This document shows, piece by piece, positions 1 to 13,731 of a stretch of DNA of 64,000 nt. The translations under genes and the position numbers were made by a program. Numbering within the stretch: position 1 is the first letter of the stretch; each line of letters starts with the position of its first letter. The notes beneath the pieces were generated by a model, which ran no database searches, was not told the DNA's origin, and worked only from the letters and a program-made list of their open reading frames with translations. The DNA comes from Mytilus trossulus (taxonomy: Eukaryota), in assembly GCF_036588685.1 (NCBI RefSeq), contig NC_086382.1, forward strand, positions 72,664,001 to 72,728,000. Direction: 5' to 3'.

Positions 1-713
1 TCTTTTAATCCAAAAAAAAAATTTAAAGAAATTTTCATAATATTGATATTTTCCTAAAGTTTATAATGAAATATACTTCTTCTGATTTGACACGGAAAGG
101 AGAAGATATTTATTTGTACATTTATGAAAACTTTTGTATATTACAAAATTTAAACTCTGGCAATACATGTATACACACTGACAGGATGTTAGATGTCACC
201 TGGTTGCTTTTGGTTTGCACATCTACCTGACAATATATTATGATGTAACATTATAACCCAAGTTAGATTTCACCTGTTCGGTCAAGGAATGAAATTTTAA
301 AGGTATAGAATATTTATCTATTATAATTGGACATTGTTTTTTCCCTCTTAGGATGAAAACATTTTATTTTGTTCTAAAAGGAATGTATAAACATATTTCC
401 GAAGAAAGATAAAATATATGAAGAAAACTTAAAAAACACCCTTAAAAAAAAAGAGAATTTTTTTTTATTATAAATATTGGAAACTATTTTCTTGTAACAG
501 TATCTCCTGGATGAATAACTCTCAAAATAAATGTTCCCGTGTCATACTTAATTTTGTTTTTTATTAAGAAATTTTGAAATCAATGATATCGAAATATTAC
601 TAAAGAAAAATAACAGAAACATCAGAGATTCTTTATGAAAAATTAAATATAATCTAGGAAATTCCTACTATGGAAATCATTGATTTGATGCAACATCTCC
701 ATATGATACATCA

Positions 714-1142
714 GTCGCCATTTTGAAAAATTCGGGAAAGTCCCTTTTTTAAATCGACGTTTGACCGAATTTGCCCTGAAATTAAACTGTTTTAAGTTGT
801 ATTCCTCGCCAACTATATGTTTGAATATACTTAATCGATTTGCAAAGTTTGTGTTTTATTTACAGAATTTCTTTATTTGTTGTAAAAGTAGACATGGGTA
901 TCGGTAATTTAGCATTGAGTCAACGGAGAAATAACGAGAAAAAGTGCATGTTTTACGATTCCGATTTGACCGACTTTAATCAAAAATTAAACTGTTAGGA
1001 CCAACATTGTTTGATAGAAATATGTTTGAATATCAAGGATTGATTTGCAAAAGTAAGAAAACGAATCAGGTTTATGAGAAAATTAAACTTTATTGAAGCA
1101 TATATGCATTTTATATGGGGTAATATAATACAAAATGGCGGC
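714..1142. repeat. MITE-like remnant: two ~205-bp-spaced imperfect direct repeats between inverted gccattttg/caaaatggc motifs
   Basis: tttgaccga...aattaaactgtt...tatgtttgaatat...gatttgcaaa occurs at ~760-850 and ~965-1052. Confidence 0.45.
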
Positions 1143-1333
1143 TATAATACGTCACAAAAGTCACGTGATGTCGAACTTAGTTGGATATGTTTTTTTTTGT
1201 TTTTTTGAAATCCTAAAATTCTTTGATTCAAAATTTCTTTTAAGAACCGAGGCTGTCATTGCAATACTACTGGTGATAAGAATAAACATATGTACAATCT
1301 GTCAATTTATGTTGTACAGTAACACCACAGTCC

Positions 1334-1417
1334 CAGGTTACGTGGAGGGTTGACACGCCCTCAGACTAGTTTAACCCCGTCACATTCTTTAAATGCCTGG
1401 CCCAAGTCAGGAACCTG
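1334..1417 (+). ncRNA. Decayed twister-like motif, fourth family (also 9078-9157- and ~8901-8985-)
   Basis: Closing stem caggtt/aacctg; ga-ggg...taa-cccc...cctg-g-ccc-aa-gt-cagg. Confidence 0.45.
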
Positions 1418-3164
1418 TGGTTCAGACGTAGTCGTTTGTTGCTGTACATCGTATTTGTTTTTGTTCGTTTGAGTAGTTTTATTTTGTTATATCTCGCAAT
1501 TGGTGTTACGGTGTTACAACCTATAGTTTTTAATTTATGTGTCATTTTATCTTTTGAAGGGAGTCTCATTGGGAAGCATTACACATCTTCTCATGTTCAC
1601 TGCGATTTAAAAGCATATAAGTATAACAAACGTACTTCTGAAAATGAAAATTCTCAAAATGAATTATTGTTCTCCTTTTTTTTCCCTTTTTTTGACAGTT
1701 TCATCTGTTTTATGTTTAAAAAAAACATATTTGTAAATAAAGGCAATAGCAGTATTCATAAATCGATTGACTGAAACAAATCTGGGTGACAAACCAAAAC
1801 ACATCAACTATAAGACGAAAAACACAAAACAACAGAAACATTGGACTGCTACAAAACGCCAACATGAAAACCGTAATATAAACTTACCAGCCCAGTAGTC
1901 AGAACTTCTGTGTTGACATGACATATTATTGATGTGGTCATATTTATAAATAATCTGTTAACAAATATGCGACTAATTGATCGAAATACTAACGATGTTC
2001 CTCCTAAGGAATAGACAACATTAATTGTATTCGGCAAAAACTTCTTTTTAGTTTTGAATCTTAAATGCTCTAGCTTCAACTTCGTACGGTGTGTAGCTTT
2101 TTGTAATTTTGATTCGGATGTCACTGATGGGTCTGGTAGATGAAACGCGTTTGGCTTTAAACATTTATATTTTGGTAGTAATAGCTTTTATGAAAAAAAA
2201 TTCAGATCAACGTACTAGGTTTTTTTTCAAACGAGTTTCCTTCTTGATCCTATATAAGATAAATAATTGTCACAGGGGAAAGTGTTTTTTCTTTAACGAA
2301 TGATTGATTTCTGAAGTAAAAACTGACCATAAGAACAAACTGCATTAGTAATAAGATGACTATATTACAAATTATAGAAATAACTGTCGAGATTGTGGAT
2401 ATATCGGATTTATAATTAAGAAATACTTCCAGCTGTATACTCAAGCGATTCATTTCACCAAAATAAATCTTACGAGAATTTTCGATAATTAAAATCATTA
2501 TATTGACAATAAAACCTTATCACGTGTTCTTAATTACAACGATATACAATGTTATAGTTACTTGAATTTGAAATCCATTACAAGTATTACATAAAAATGA
2601 CAATAATGGTCTTAATCTGCAGGGAATCACATGTTTAACATCAGATTGCATGATAGTGTTGTTATATCACTTGACTGTGTGGTTGTGTTGTATGCCACCA
2701 CTTAATTTCACTTGTTTATTTAAAATCAGCGACAACAGTAGCTTTTGGTAAAAAAAAAAACAATTCGATTTTGAATATGCACAACCCAAAAAGTGCATTA
2801 ACGGTATCGAATACAAACGCTGGAAGAATTGTGTTTTGATAGAAAAAGCGTCTTATGCTTTTCAACTTCATTCTTGTAAGCATCACATAAACAGATAGTT
2901 TATAGATCTGACGACTTCTCTCGTACACTGCGATCTACGACGACAAAAACAGGTATTTTAGGAATTGTCACGCAGACACATCGTTCCATTATCACATTTC
3001 GGCTATCTAACATAAAACTTGCTTACGTCGATAACAATTGTCACCAATGGCTCAGTTTTCTTCGGTTTAGGACACGCGCCTAGTGATGGGGTCCGTTAGC
3101 ATGAATGAGCGTTTTTAACAAATGAAATATGTAATCGTCATACGACAGGACTGAGTGTATCTAA

Positions 3165-3358
3165 AGGACGAGATTAAAAGTTCAATGTAGGATAAAAAAA
3201 ACTTAATTCACATAGCTTTTTCACTGACCCCCCCTCTCCCCAACCATTTCTTAACTTAATTTGGGTATACAAAACTTGTAGAATCTTAACACCCCCCCCC
3301 CCCCCCCAACTATTTGATTTAAGTTTTTTATCCTACATCGATCTTTTGACGACGTCCC
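3165..3358. mobile_element. MITE with ~55-bp imperfect TIRs and TAA target duplication (PIF/Harbinger-like)
   Basis: taa|aggacg...atgtaggataaaaaaaacttaa ... ttaagttttttatcctacat...cgtccc|taa; internal poly-C tract. Confidence 0.65.
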
Positions 3359-3837
3359 TAACTGAAAAGAAATGGCAGTTCAAATAAAAAAGAATGAATA
3401 AGCCTTTTGGATGTCAGTTATATTCAGTGATGGATTTTAAAAAAGGTAACATTTTTGTATCTTTTGCGTAACGTACGAAGTTGACAATAAAATAAAATTA
3501 TATTAGAAAAGATGGAATATGTTATGGGACAGGAATCAATTTAAATGGTGAAGTACACAGAAGCAAACTTTGTTTCGTTTATGATTTTTTACATGTATAC
3601 CATAATAAAAGCAGTATATTATTTGAGCCAGTTGTAAGTTTAAAGAACGATAATTCAGAGTCAACTACTGAAGGAATGGTACAATAAGTTTGGTCTACAC
3701 TTAAATTGATTTCATTGTTTCTGTTCTATTAGAAGAATACAAATAGTGCTGAGTGAAAATAATATGTGTAGATTTTATGCTTTGAATGCTGATATTGAAA
3801 TAAAATGTATATGTAATACTTCGCTGATTTCAACACT

Positions 3838-5055
3838 TTATTTACAAACGAAATCCTTTGGTGTGAGCACAGCCCATGACTTGCCGGCAACTGGTGGTGG
3901 TCCTTTACAAACAGAAAGCCCTGTATCCTGTATCAGGTCTGGATGATCGTCTATCATTTGTCGGAGCCATCTTATATGACAGTCACAAATCCAAGGGTTA
4001 AAGTCTAAATAAATTACAGATAGATTTTTGTTGTATTTCAAATCAAATACTCCCTCTTGAAGTGTTGTTAAATTGTTCGAACTGAACCAGAGTTCCCGAA
4101 TAGCCGTCATTCGATGAAACGTTCCAACTTCAATTTTAGATACTTGATTTGAATCAAAGAAAAGTTGTTTTAATGCAGTGAGTCCATTAAAGGTGAGATT
4201 TGTTAAAACCGACGAGACGTGATCTTCCATAAAATCCAAAATTGTTAGCTTATTAAGTCCATAAAATGCGTTGTCCTCGACTGTTGTTATAGCGCCATTC
4301 CATACTTCTATTGTTTGTAAATTGGTCAATGTTCGCAGCGCAAAAGCAGGTATAACTTTTATCTGATTTCCAACCACATCAAAATGCTGTAAAGATCTTG
4401 GGAAATGTGTTGTATTTGGAAAGGTCTTCAGATCATTAAATCTGAATTCTAAATTCAATAACTTCTGATTCTTTACGAAAGATAACGGTGAAAAACTGCC
4501 ATCGACAAGTTTGTTAAAACTTAAATCAATTTCAGAAGCATTTACCAACGGATCAAAGACATGGTCTTCAATTGTTTTGAGTTGGTTGTATCTCAGTTCG
4601 AGGTATTCAATTGAAGATGCATTGACAAAACTATTGGCTGATAAATTTGTTATTGGATTATCGAAAAAATACAGTGTAGTAAAATTTGGGGGTAAACCTT
4701 GTGGTATTGACATATATGATCCACCTGAGAGGTCCAAAGTTTGAATGCTTGGAATGTTTAATGCGCCATTCAGAAAACTGGTTTCTGTGAACTGGTTACC
4801 ACCCAAACCTAGATACTGTAGTTGTTTAAGGTCCTTAAATGAACCTGTTGGTATCGATTTGATGTTGTTATATCCAAGATTTAAGGTCACTGTATTTTGG
4901 GGTAAATCTTTTGGAACCTCTGATATCCCAGTACTATTACAGAAAACTATAGTATTATCATCACGGCAATCACATGGAGAAGGACAATCGTCTGCTATGG
5001 TAAACGTAAACCTCAGTAATGATATCACCACGCATGTTAATGCAGAGTTCATCAT
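3838..5055 (-). CDS. Secreted LRR-only protein, paralog 1 (signal peptide, LRRNT, ~12-13 LRRs, LRRCT, no TM)
   Basis: 405-aa ORF: hydrophobic N-terminus, CPSPCDC...VFC cap, LxxLxLxxN repeats, NPWICDC...C..P...DFVCK* cap. Splice acceptor tttag| places the exon start at 5073; candidate 5'UTR donor AG|gtaag at ~5362. Confidence 0.93.
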   Translation of the reverse strand: MMNSALTCVVISLLRFTFTIADDCPSPCDCRDDNTIVFCNSTGISEVPKDLPQNTVTLNLGYNNIKSIPTGSFKDLKQLQYLGLGGNQFTETSFLNGALNIPSIQTLDLSGGSYMSIPQGLPPNFTTLYFFDNPITNLSANSFVNASSIEYLELRYNQLKTIEDHVFDPLVNASEIDLSFNKLVDGSFSPLSFVKNQKLLNLEFRFNDLKTFPNTTHFPRSLQHFDVVGNQIKVIPAFALRTLTNLQTIEVWNGAITTVEDNAFYGLNKLTILDFMEDHVSSVLTNLTFNGLTALKQLFFDSNQVSKIEVGTFHRMTAIRELWFSSNNLTTLQEGVFDLKYNKNLSVIYLDFNPWICDCHIRWLRQMIDDHPDLIQDTGLSVCKGPPPVAGKSWAVLTPKDFVCK

Positions 5056-6352
5056 GGTTAATTTGGTCCTAACCTAAAGTTTTGAAAATTTACAATTGTG
5101 TATATTAAGTAACAATGACGTAGACTGACCTATGGTAAATTGTAAATTCGAATGCTATCGATAGAAATACTTATATATACATGACGAAAAAGAAACTTTG
5201 TTTTAAAATATCTTTGGCAAACAATACAAAATACCTTTCCTTACATGAGATGCTAAAGTTACCAAATGACCTTTAAAAATCATTTTATCAAGACTGTGAA
5301 TTAAAGACTATTTAAAATGTTTATCTATATACGATTTGAACCAATTAAAATATTTAGCTTACCTTAGACAGTTGACTGATTTATAAATAGGACAAATTCT
5401 GGTATATTGGGACAGTAATGATACCGATTGTCCTAAAGTCAAACTATTAACCTTACAACAGATAGATAAATACTAATAATTCTTCAAGGTTAGTACATGT
5501 TCATCTTGCCACGTCTAGTATTCGGAGTGATCCAACCTTCGCAAATATAGATAACATTTGATTAACACAGAGGCATTCCCATTGATTTATAATTAAATTT
5601 ATCATAAACATAATAATACCTCAACATAACGACTAGTGTTCCAAATTTAGTTAGAAAGGTTCATATTAGTATGTTATACTCTATGATGCCGTTTTCATTG
5701 TTTTATTACTTCACACTTTTCTAGTAATGGACCATACGTAACACTATCCTACCTTAGTACGACCCTGAAAAAGCTACTTCCAACATTCTGGTTCTTACTG
5801 CGTTGTATTGGTATGCGACATCCGTTGTTTTCAGTCCTATCATTGTTTTTTTTGTTAAAAGACTTATAATTATACAATATCTTTATTCAGTATTTCTTTG
5901 TTTTTGGTTGTTATCCGGGTTGGTTTTTGCTTAACCGAAAGATGACTTTTGAACAGCGGTATACTGCTGTTGTTTTTATTTTCACGAATAATCATGAAAT
6001 GTATCGGTATTTCGCAAACATTATTTGGTCCGTTGAAGGGTTCTATTTAAAAGAAATTATCCCATACCTAATAATACGAAACAGTAGGTACAATAGTGTA
6101 GGATATCTTCAAAACAACCTATTTGATTGCATTTGTTGATCAGAAGATTATTGCTGTTACTACTTTTATTAATGTATGATACATTTGAAAAGGTTACATT
6201 TCGTGCCTTACAATATCAACATAAAAAACTAAGGATTTTCTTATCCCAGGAATAGATTACCTTAGTCGTATTTGGCACAACTTTTTGAAATGTTGGATCT
6301 TCAATGCTCTTCAACTTTGTACTTGTTTGGTTTTATAAATATTTTGATTTGA

Positions 6353-6395
6353 GCATCACTGATGAGTCTTATGTAGACGAAACGCGCGTCTGGCG
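6353..6395 (+). ncRNA. Minimal type I hammerhead ribozyme within a dispersed repeat (~6223-6430)
   Basis: gcatca CTGATGA gtct-tatgt-agac GAAA cgcgcg TC tggcg: intact core, 4-bp stem II, palindromic stem III. Confidence 0.8.
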
Positions 6396-6554
6396 AACTG
6401 AATAATAATCCTGGTACCTTTGATAACTATAAATATTATCAGTAGGTATAAAGATTTTGTCTGAGCAACTAAATTAATTCATGTTACATATAAAACAAAA
6501 TTATCAAAAAAAAACCAATTCATATTCTTTCTGACTTAAAATTGCTCAAACAGT

Positions 6555-7784
6555 TTAATTGTTATTTTCGTGATCAGCACAAACGAAGTCGTTTGGTTCT
6601 AAGCTATCCCAAGCCTTTCCAGCAACTTTTGGTGGTCCACTACACACTATAAGATGTGGATCCTGAATAACATTAGGTTCCTCCTCCATTTTTTGACGCA
6701 ACCATCTTAGATGACAGTCACAAATCCAAGGATTGTCGTCAATGTAAAGGGCAGATAACTGTGGAACAAAGGTTTTGTTGAGAACTTCTGGCACAAGTGA
6801 TGTTAATTTGTTGGAACCCAACCACAACTGTTGAATGCTTCTGGTAGTTTGAAACGCTCCAGGTTCTATTTTACTTATATTATTCAAATCCAGGAATACA
6901 TTCTGTAAACCAGTAAGACCATTTAATGTTAAATTTGTAATAGAAGAAACATGGTCTTGCATCATGTCTAAGTATGATAGTTTATTCAAACCATTAAATG
7001 CATTATTTTCGATATCGTTTATCTCCCCTTGCCAGAAAGCCATTGAAGTTAAGTTGGTGAGTGTTCGGAAAGCATAAGCTGGAATAACTTTTATCTTATT
7101 GCCAACGAAATCCAAACTTTGAAGCGAAACTGGAAAATTAGAAGTGTCAGGAATAGTCTTCAAATTGTTGAATCTGAATCCCAAATTTATCAACTTCTGA
7201 TTCTTGACAAAAGTCATTGGACCGAAACTTCCATCGACTAATTTGTTGAACGCAAGATCAATTTCTACAGCATTCACAAGCGGATCAAATGCATGATCTT
7301 CAATTTTGTTAAGTTGTGTGTTATCTAAGTACAGAAATTGGATCGTAGAATGATTGACAAAACTTGTTGCTTTCAACGTTGTTATTGGGTTATAATAAAA
7401 GTATATCCTGATTAGGTTAGGTGGCAGTTCCTGTGGTATCGTTATAAAGGAATTCTGAGTCAAATCTAACACAAGAAGACTCGGTATATTCAATGCTCCC
7501 TTTTCGATGCTACTTTCTTTAAAATTATTTCCTGAGAAATCGAGCCAAGCTAATTTATCTAGACCATCGAATGCGGTTTTTGCGATAAATTTTATCGGAT
7601 TATTTCCAATATATAGAGTCTCAGTGTTTATAGGTAAATCACTTGGAACATTGGTGATACCGGTCATATTGCAGTAAACAGTTGTGGAGATACATTCACA
7701 AGGTGGTGGACAGTTTTGTAACAATACAAAGTCGGGCACTAATATGAACACCATGACCAGTAAGGAACCAGGCAACATCATCAT
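6555..7784 (-). CDS. Secreted LRR-only protein, paralog 2
   Basis: 409-aa ORF colinear with paralog 1 (CPPPCEC, NPWICDCHLRWL, DFVC). Acceptor ttctag| at 7793, just upstream of the ATG. Confidence 0.93.
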   Translation of the reverse strand: MMMLPGSLLVMVFILVPDFVLLQNCPPPCECISTTVYCNMTGITNVPSDLPINTETLYIGNNPIKFIAKTAFDGLDKLAWLDFSGNNFKESSIEKGALNIPSLLVLDLTQNSFITIPQELPPNLIRIYFYYNPITTLKATSFVNHSTIQFLYLDNTQLNKIEDHAFDPLVNAVEIDLAFNKLVDGSFGPMTFVKNQKLINLGFRFNNLKTIPDTSNFPVSLQSLDFVGNKIKVIPAYAFRTLTNLTSMAFWQGEINDIENNAFNGLNKLSYLDMMQDHVSSITNLTLNGLTGLQNVFLDLNNISKIEPGAFQTTRSIQQLWLGSNKLTSLVPEVLNKTFVPQLSALYIDDNPWICDCHLRWLRQKMEEEPNVIQDPHLIVCSGPPKVAGKAWDSLEPNDFVCADHENNN

Positions 7785-9815
7785 TCTGTATACCTAGAAA
7801 GGAAATCATATAAAAAAATAAGAAGATGAGTAATGATTGTCAATGAAACAACTCTCCACATGATACCAAACGATAGGAATAAAATTCATATTTTCATATA
7901 TTTCAAATTCAAATATTTAACTTATTACAATCACTCAACGATTTTTACATCTAAAGTTTATATTTCCTAGTAAGTAAAACAATAATTAATAGGGGTATGT
8001 CATTATTTCCAAGATAGAGAAAGTGTTTAAATGATAGCTATTGAACTAAGGGTACTTGTTGGTGGAGATAAAGTCATCTTTCCGACAATAATCAAAGCAG
8101 GCCATCATGATTTGGTGGATCTGTATGGAATATTTATGTTACGGATGACCACGAATTTGGTGAGGTTGTCATAACCATAATCCCGTTCAAGTTGACTTAC
8201 ATATATTGCGTAGGAATCATTATTCACAACTGTCTCTCAAACAAAAATATGTTTCGAGGCAGTTGAATTTACAAATAAAAGTCGTTACCAAAAGTTTCTC
8301 TTCTGCTAACAGATTTGCTTTGATTGATATTGTTTTTCAAACTATCTGTCATCAACAAATATTGGACGATAAATAATGCAAAACTTTGTAATACTGTGAT
8401 TATATTGATTTAAAATAAATAATATCATTATCACTGAGCTAAAGGGCGGGAAATTTTTCATTACTATCCCTGGAAATGAACGTATTTGAGATAGGGCAGA
8501 CAATTTTCTTCATTTTCTTCAATTTTTTCATGCTTCTTTATTTGGCACAGATTGGGACACTTTACTTACACAAATCATTTATTAACACCGGAAATGACTC
8601 ACATCCAATTTGTACAAATCATATAGCCAAACGTACAACACACCTAGGAAAATAAGAAGATCTGGTAGGATCAGAATGGGACACCTCTCAACATTTGACC
8701 AAATTATACAGAAATAAATAACTATAGGCCACCGAACGCCCTTCGGCAATAAACAAAGCCCACACCGCATTGTCAGCTATAACAGGTTTCCGAAATGACA
8801 AGTAAAACAATTAATACAAGACAGATAACTGCCTAATTTATGCACAACACAATGAATGGATAACAATATGTAACACAGCAACAAACGGAAACCACTGAAC
8901 TATAGGCTCCTTACATAGGACAGGTACATCAGGAATGTTGCGGGGTTAAAACACTTTGACGGTGTCAACCCACCCCAAATTCTGGGATAGTGTTGCAACG
9001 TCACTACACAAGACAAATCCATACAAAACAAGAAACGAATTTGAGAAAACAGCGCTCAAAAGACAACCACTGAATTACAGACTCCTGACTTAAGACAGGC
9101 ACATATAGAAATTGCGGGGTTAAACCAGTTGCAAAGCACCTACCCTCCCTTAACCTGAGATATTGATGAAACAGTACAACATAAGAATAAGCTACAGAAA
9201 TGCTTAACTCGTCAGATGGATAACAAAACAAAGAGTGGGTGTGGATGGGTACTTATACATCCCCACAGTAAAATTACCCTTGGTAAAGAACTATGTGTTA
9301 TATAGTTACTGACACTACTTCAAAGTCATTACCCACTAATAAAAAAAGGCATGCATCTAAGACTAAGCCTCAAAACCCAGTAATGGCAATATGTCTATGT
9401 CGCATTCAACCAGTAAATGACAGGATGAGTAGGATTTTCAGCATTCTTGCTACAAAGTTAACAGCCAATATTAAACCCCCATTATTTTAGTTGGAACCAT
9501 TTTACTGACTCTCAAACCAACAAATTCATAACTCGAGCGCTATAACGATAGAACCAAAGCTGTAAATTCTAGGTTGGCTTAGTCAGGGATAAACCCGATG
9601 ACCACTCCTATTTACGGTTAATAAGATGTGACAAGTCCTTGAAATTAGGGAACTACCAATTGATTATTCTTGTAATTCAAAACAGTTTATCAGATTCTTT
9701 ACAACGGGCGTTACTATCTCTTATATACATTTGTACTATAATTAATGAATTTTATTATTACGCACATCTCTATATACTTGTAATCATAACAAGGCTTTTA
9801 AAAAAATATTTTAAT

Positions 9816-11024
9816 CTATTTGCAAACGAAGTCGCTAGGTTTAATATCGTCCCATGCCTTTCCAGCTAGCTTAGCAGGTCCGTCACACTTAACAAGATGT
9901 GCATCCGGGATTCTAAACGGACCTTTGTCCATAATTTCACGTAACCATTTCAGATGGCAGTCACACATCCATGGGTTTCCGGTGATAGACACAGCTACCA
10001 GTTGTGGTAAAAACTGTGTCTCTAGCACTCCAGATTCCAATGACGCAAGTTTATTGAAGTCTAACCAAAATATTCTGAGGTTTTTTAACGAATTAAATGT
10101 TCCATTTTGAATTTTGCTGATATGATTACCCGACAACCATAATGTATCTAATGACTCAAGACCGTTGAATTTCATTTGTGTTACTACTGACACGTTGTCA
10201 TTGGCAATGTTTAGTTCATATAGGTTGTCCAATCCTTTGAATGCATTATCCTCTAATGTTGTGTACGCACCTTCCCATAATAACAGATGAGTAAGATTTG
10301 TTAGCCTCCTGAAAGCGTTTGATGGAATAACGGTAATATTGTTCCCAAGGATACTAAGAAAATTCAACGAAGAGGGAAAATATGACATATCCGGAAGGGT
10401 TCTAATCTTGTTGATACTTAGATCTAAATGTGTCAGATTGATGTTTTTCATAAATATGCTTCTACTAATGCTGCCATCTAGTAACCTATTTCCACTCAAG
10501 CTTATTTCTGTAACACTGGATAAAGGATCGAATGTATGTTCCTCGATAAACGATATGAGGTTGTCATTTGCATACAAATAAATGATGGACGTAGAATTCA
10601 CGAAATCGTTTACTTTTAGTCTAGTTATATGATTATAGAAGATGGTCAATCTTAACAAGTTAGGCGGGAGTTCTCGTGGTATTAACGTGAACAAATTAGA
10701 TGACAAATCAAGAGTCTCTATAGTAGATATTCTCAAGCTACCATTTTCTATACTGTTTTCATTCAGTTGGTTTCCATTAAGTTGAAGATTTTTTAATTGG
10801 TATAACCCCTGAAAAGCAATTTTGGGTATATGGCTGATTTGGTTAAAGTTAAGATTTAGGTTCATTGTTTCTTTTGGTAAATCTTGTGGCACTTCTGTTA
10901 TTCCTTTGCCGGTACATGTGACAGTAATACCAAAGCAGGTGCACGGTTGTGGACATTTGTCTGCTATTATAGTCGTTGATACCAGAAGGCACAGGAGTGT
11001 TACTTGTTTGATAAATGCCATCAT
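9816..11024 (-). CDS. Secreted LRR-only protein, paralog 3 (probable start MMAFIKQ at 11024)
   Basis: Same architecture. Acceptor ttacag| at 11049 makes the ORF-track extension to 11093 intronic; the first ATG after the acceptor is 11024. Confidence 0.9.
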   Translation of the reverse strand: MMAFIKQVTLLCLLVSTTIIADKCPQPCTCFGITVTCTGKGITEVPQDLPKETMNLNLNFNQISHIPKIAFQGLYQLKNLQLNGNQLNENSIENGSLRISTIETLDLSSNLFTLIPRELPPNLLRLTIFYNHITRLKVNDFVNSTSIIYLYANDNLISFIEEHTFDPLSSVTEISLSGNRLLDGSISRSIFMKNINLTHLDLSINKIRTLPDMSYFPSSLNFLSILGNNITVIPSNAFRRLTNLTHLLLWEGAYTTLEDNAFKGLDNLYELNIANDNVSVVTQMKFNGLESLDTLWLSGNHISKIQNGTFNSLKNLRIFWLDFNKLASLESGVLETQFLPQLVAVSITGNPWMCDCHLKWLREIMDKGPFRIPDAHLVKCDGPAKLAGKAWDDIKPSDFVCK

Positions 11025-13731
11025 AAAAAAAGTCTTAGGAGATAAGAACCTGTAAGAGATGAAATTGTGATATCTGTAGTGACGACTTTTCAAATATTAT
11101 TGATGTTCTTTTCGAATATATGTATACCTTATGACCAACTTAGTAGTCAACACTTCTGGTTGACATGAACTAATTTTGACATGGTCAAAATAATAAATAA
11201 ACTGTTTATAAAATAAAACAAAACAAAAATAAAAATATTAATAGATTTCTACCACCGATATAGATTATCTAAGTATATTTGTATTTGGCAAAACCTTTAT
11301 AATTTTGTGCTTTCAATGTTCTTCGCCTTCATATTTTATTTAGTCTTTTTTATTTTTTTTATTTGAGCGTCACTGATAAGTCTTTTGTTGAGTAACCGCG
11401 CGTTTGGTTCAAACTTTAAACTTGTTATCCACGATTAGTTAATTCGAGAATTAAATGTACAGTATCCCCCGTAGTGCATTACCATTACCCTGTTTCATTA
11501 ACTTTAACTAAACTCAATTATGTTGGATGTTTTTATTTCCGTCTCTTGTATAATGAGAAAAATTGGATGCCCAAATATTTTAGCCTATGGTATCAATCTC
11601 TCAAGGAACGTTATTTGTCAATAATTGTCCCTTGTCCATCAGAATAGTTTCCAGATAAATAATAAAATTGCAATTGGTTTGTAACTCTGGTATAGACATG
11701 TACATCACAGGGGTATTACTAGTTAGTGATTCAAAACTTTATTCTGGTATTTAAATATTAAAAACGTATGTTTCGTTGAAAATATATTGACAAGGTTTTT
11801 AGATTCATTTTAATGGTTTTTGATCACCCTTAATGTGCAAAGCTCCTATTATAAAATATATCGAGCAATATACCTGTGTAGCAATTCTTTGTGTTGTTTT
11901 CAACCTACATAACAGTTATAATACACATAAAAGATGTTTGCCTAAATAACAAGTTTCAACGCCATTCGTTGGTAATGCGATTTAGGAGATACATGTATTG
12001 TTTTTAAGCTCCAAGTGCCTCAATTGGTGATTCGATGGTCGCGAATAAAGTTTACTATCGACAAGTTTGCGGTGCCAATGAACGGGTATTTGCATCATCA
12101 AATCCCAAATTGAAGCCGTCGGAGCTAAAAATGCAACATTGTTATTCCCATTCTAATGGAACGGACAGATATCAACCTTAAATAGTACATTTATAATATG
12201 AAATATGTTGTCTGCGTTTGTGCATATACGTTTTCATCTACCCAAATCAAACCAACATCTTACGTTTATTTTAATAATTCTCCGTTTTTACCGCTGGACC
12301 GCATAACCACTGTCAAAATACCGAGGTTACCATACATCCAGCAGACAAAGTTGACCTAATCAAGAGCTTGTACGAGGTCGATACCGCTGCTGCCTGGTGG
12401 ACGATGAGAAACATTGAACATCATTCACCTGAGTAGCAAGAGCACACCTCCTCCTTCCAAAAGATTGCATTTGGTCGACATCGATGATAGTGGACTATGG
12501 AATAACAAGGGTACCATCCATCCAATTGCCTGAGCTGTCCTGATTAGACTCTCATCTAGCGTTTGGATGAAGTCGTAGCGGAGGAATAAACATAAACGGA
12601 TGGTACCATATACTCAGTAGCCAGAGCTAATCTGATTTAATTGAAATAGTTTGGCCGCATATTTACAGTTTATGATTACGTAGCTGTTTTCAGTGTTTTC
12701 TTCTGGCAATGTAGATCTAAGTTTGTGTTGGGTTTTTCACATTTTTATTTTCTAGAACGATTTGCTTATGTTCGTAGCTTCCAAAATTATAGCAAGTTGT
12801 TGGTGCAACAATGTGGTATTTTGCGTTTGTATTAACTTATTGGTAGTATATTAACACAATAACGCGTCAAAAATAAGTTTCTACTTACAGAAAGGTTAAA
12901 TTCTTCGGATATAAACCAGTTTTGACAGCCTTATACGATATATTTATCTTATCTTTATACAGTATAGAATATGTCTATACTGATAAAGTACCTTTTCATA
13001 TGTAGAACGCTTTTTTCTCTCAATGGAAATGAATTCCAGTTAAAAAAATATTGTTTGAACATTACATTTGCAATTAGTTCTCTGTCTCATATATAGCATA
13101 ACATATTTTAACAGTAAACGAAAGCTTATTCGTCAAACTGTTGATTGTCAAGGAAAGCTGAATATACGTATAATAATGAATATGTAAATGGACGCGTATT
13201 TTAACATGTGTCGGTTCAAATTTAGTTTTCCCGGTTTGTTTGTTTTTTTGGTTTTTATTGCATACTAACGATACAAAGATTGTTGGATCAGTTCCACATT
13301 TTGACAATACATATCTTTTTATTGATTCGAGGTTTAAATATTGGTAAACTGAAAAACCTGACACCTACGCAGAAGAGTGAATGGACGAAAAGTGTTCAAA
13401 GTATAATCCAAAATTTGTTCATCAAAAGTCTAATTTTTAAATTGTTCTCCGGTTTTTTTTCGAACATATCATACTTTGATATATTTTGTAGAAATCTCTT
13501 ATTATTGAAAACCTGTAGATTATCGTGTTCACTTTTCGATCATAATAAAAAAAAAATGTTTTAAACTGTAGCATATCTCGTTAGAATTTATGCATTTCTT
13601 AACAAAATACCATAACTAATGTGAACAATTTTCGTACTACACATTTGTAAGAACCTACAAATAAGCTATAATTGGTTTTATTTTTACTCTCCAAAGAACT
13701 TGTCATTAAAGCATCTGTAATTAAACTGAAA

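Noticed and set aside
1135-2928. Short 60-110 aa ORFs here and in other intergenic or intronic DNA
   Set aside because: Low-complexity F/I/L/K-rich translations of AT-rich or repeat DNA, often with non-ATG starts and no splice or domain support.
4511-5077. Plus-strand ORFs overlapping LRR, TRIM and LINE coding regions (also 9820-11055, 42127-42495, 60837-61325)
   Set aside because: Antisense shadows of real coding sequence with no independent motifs.
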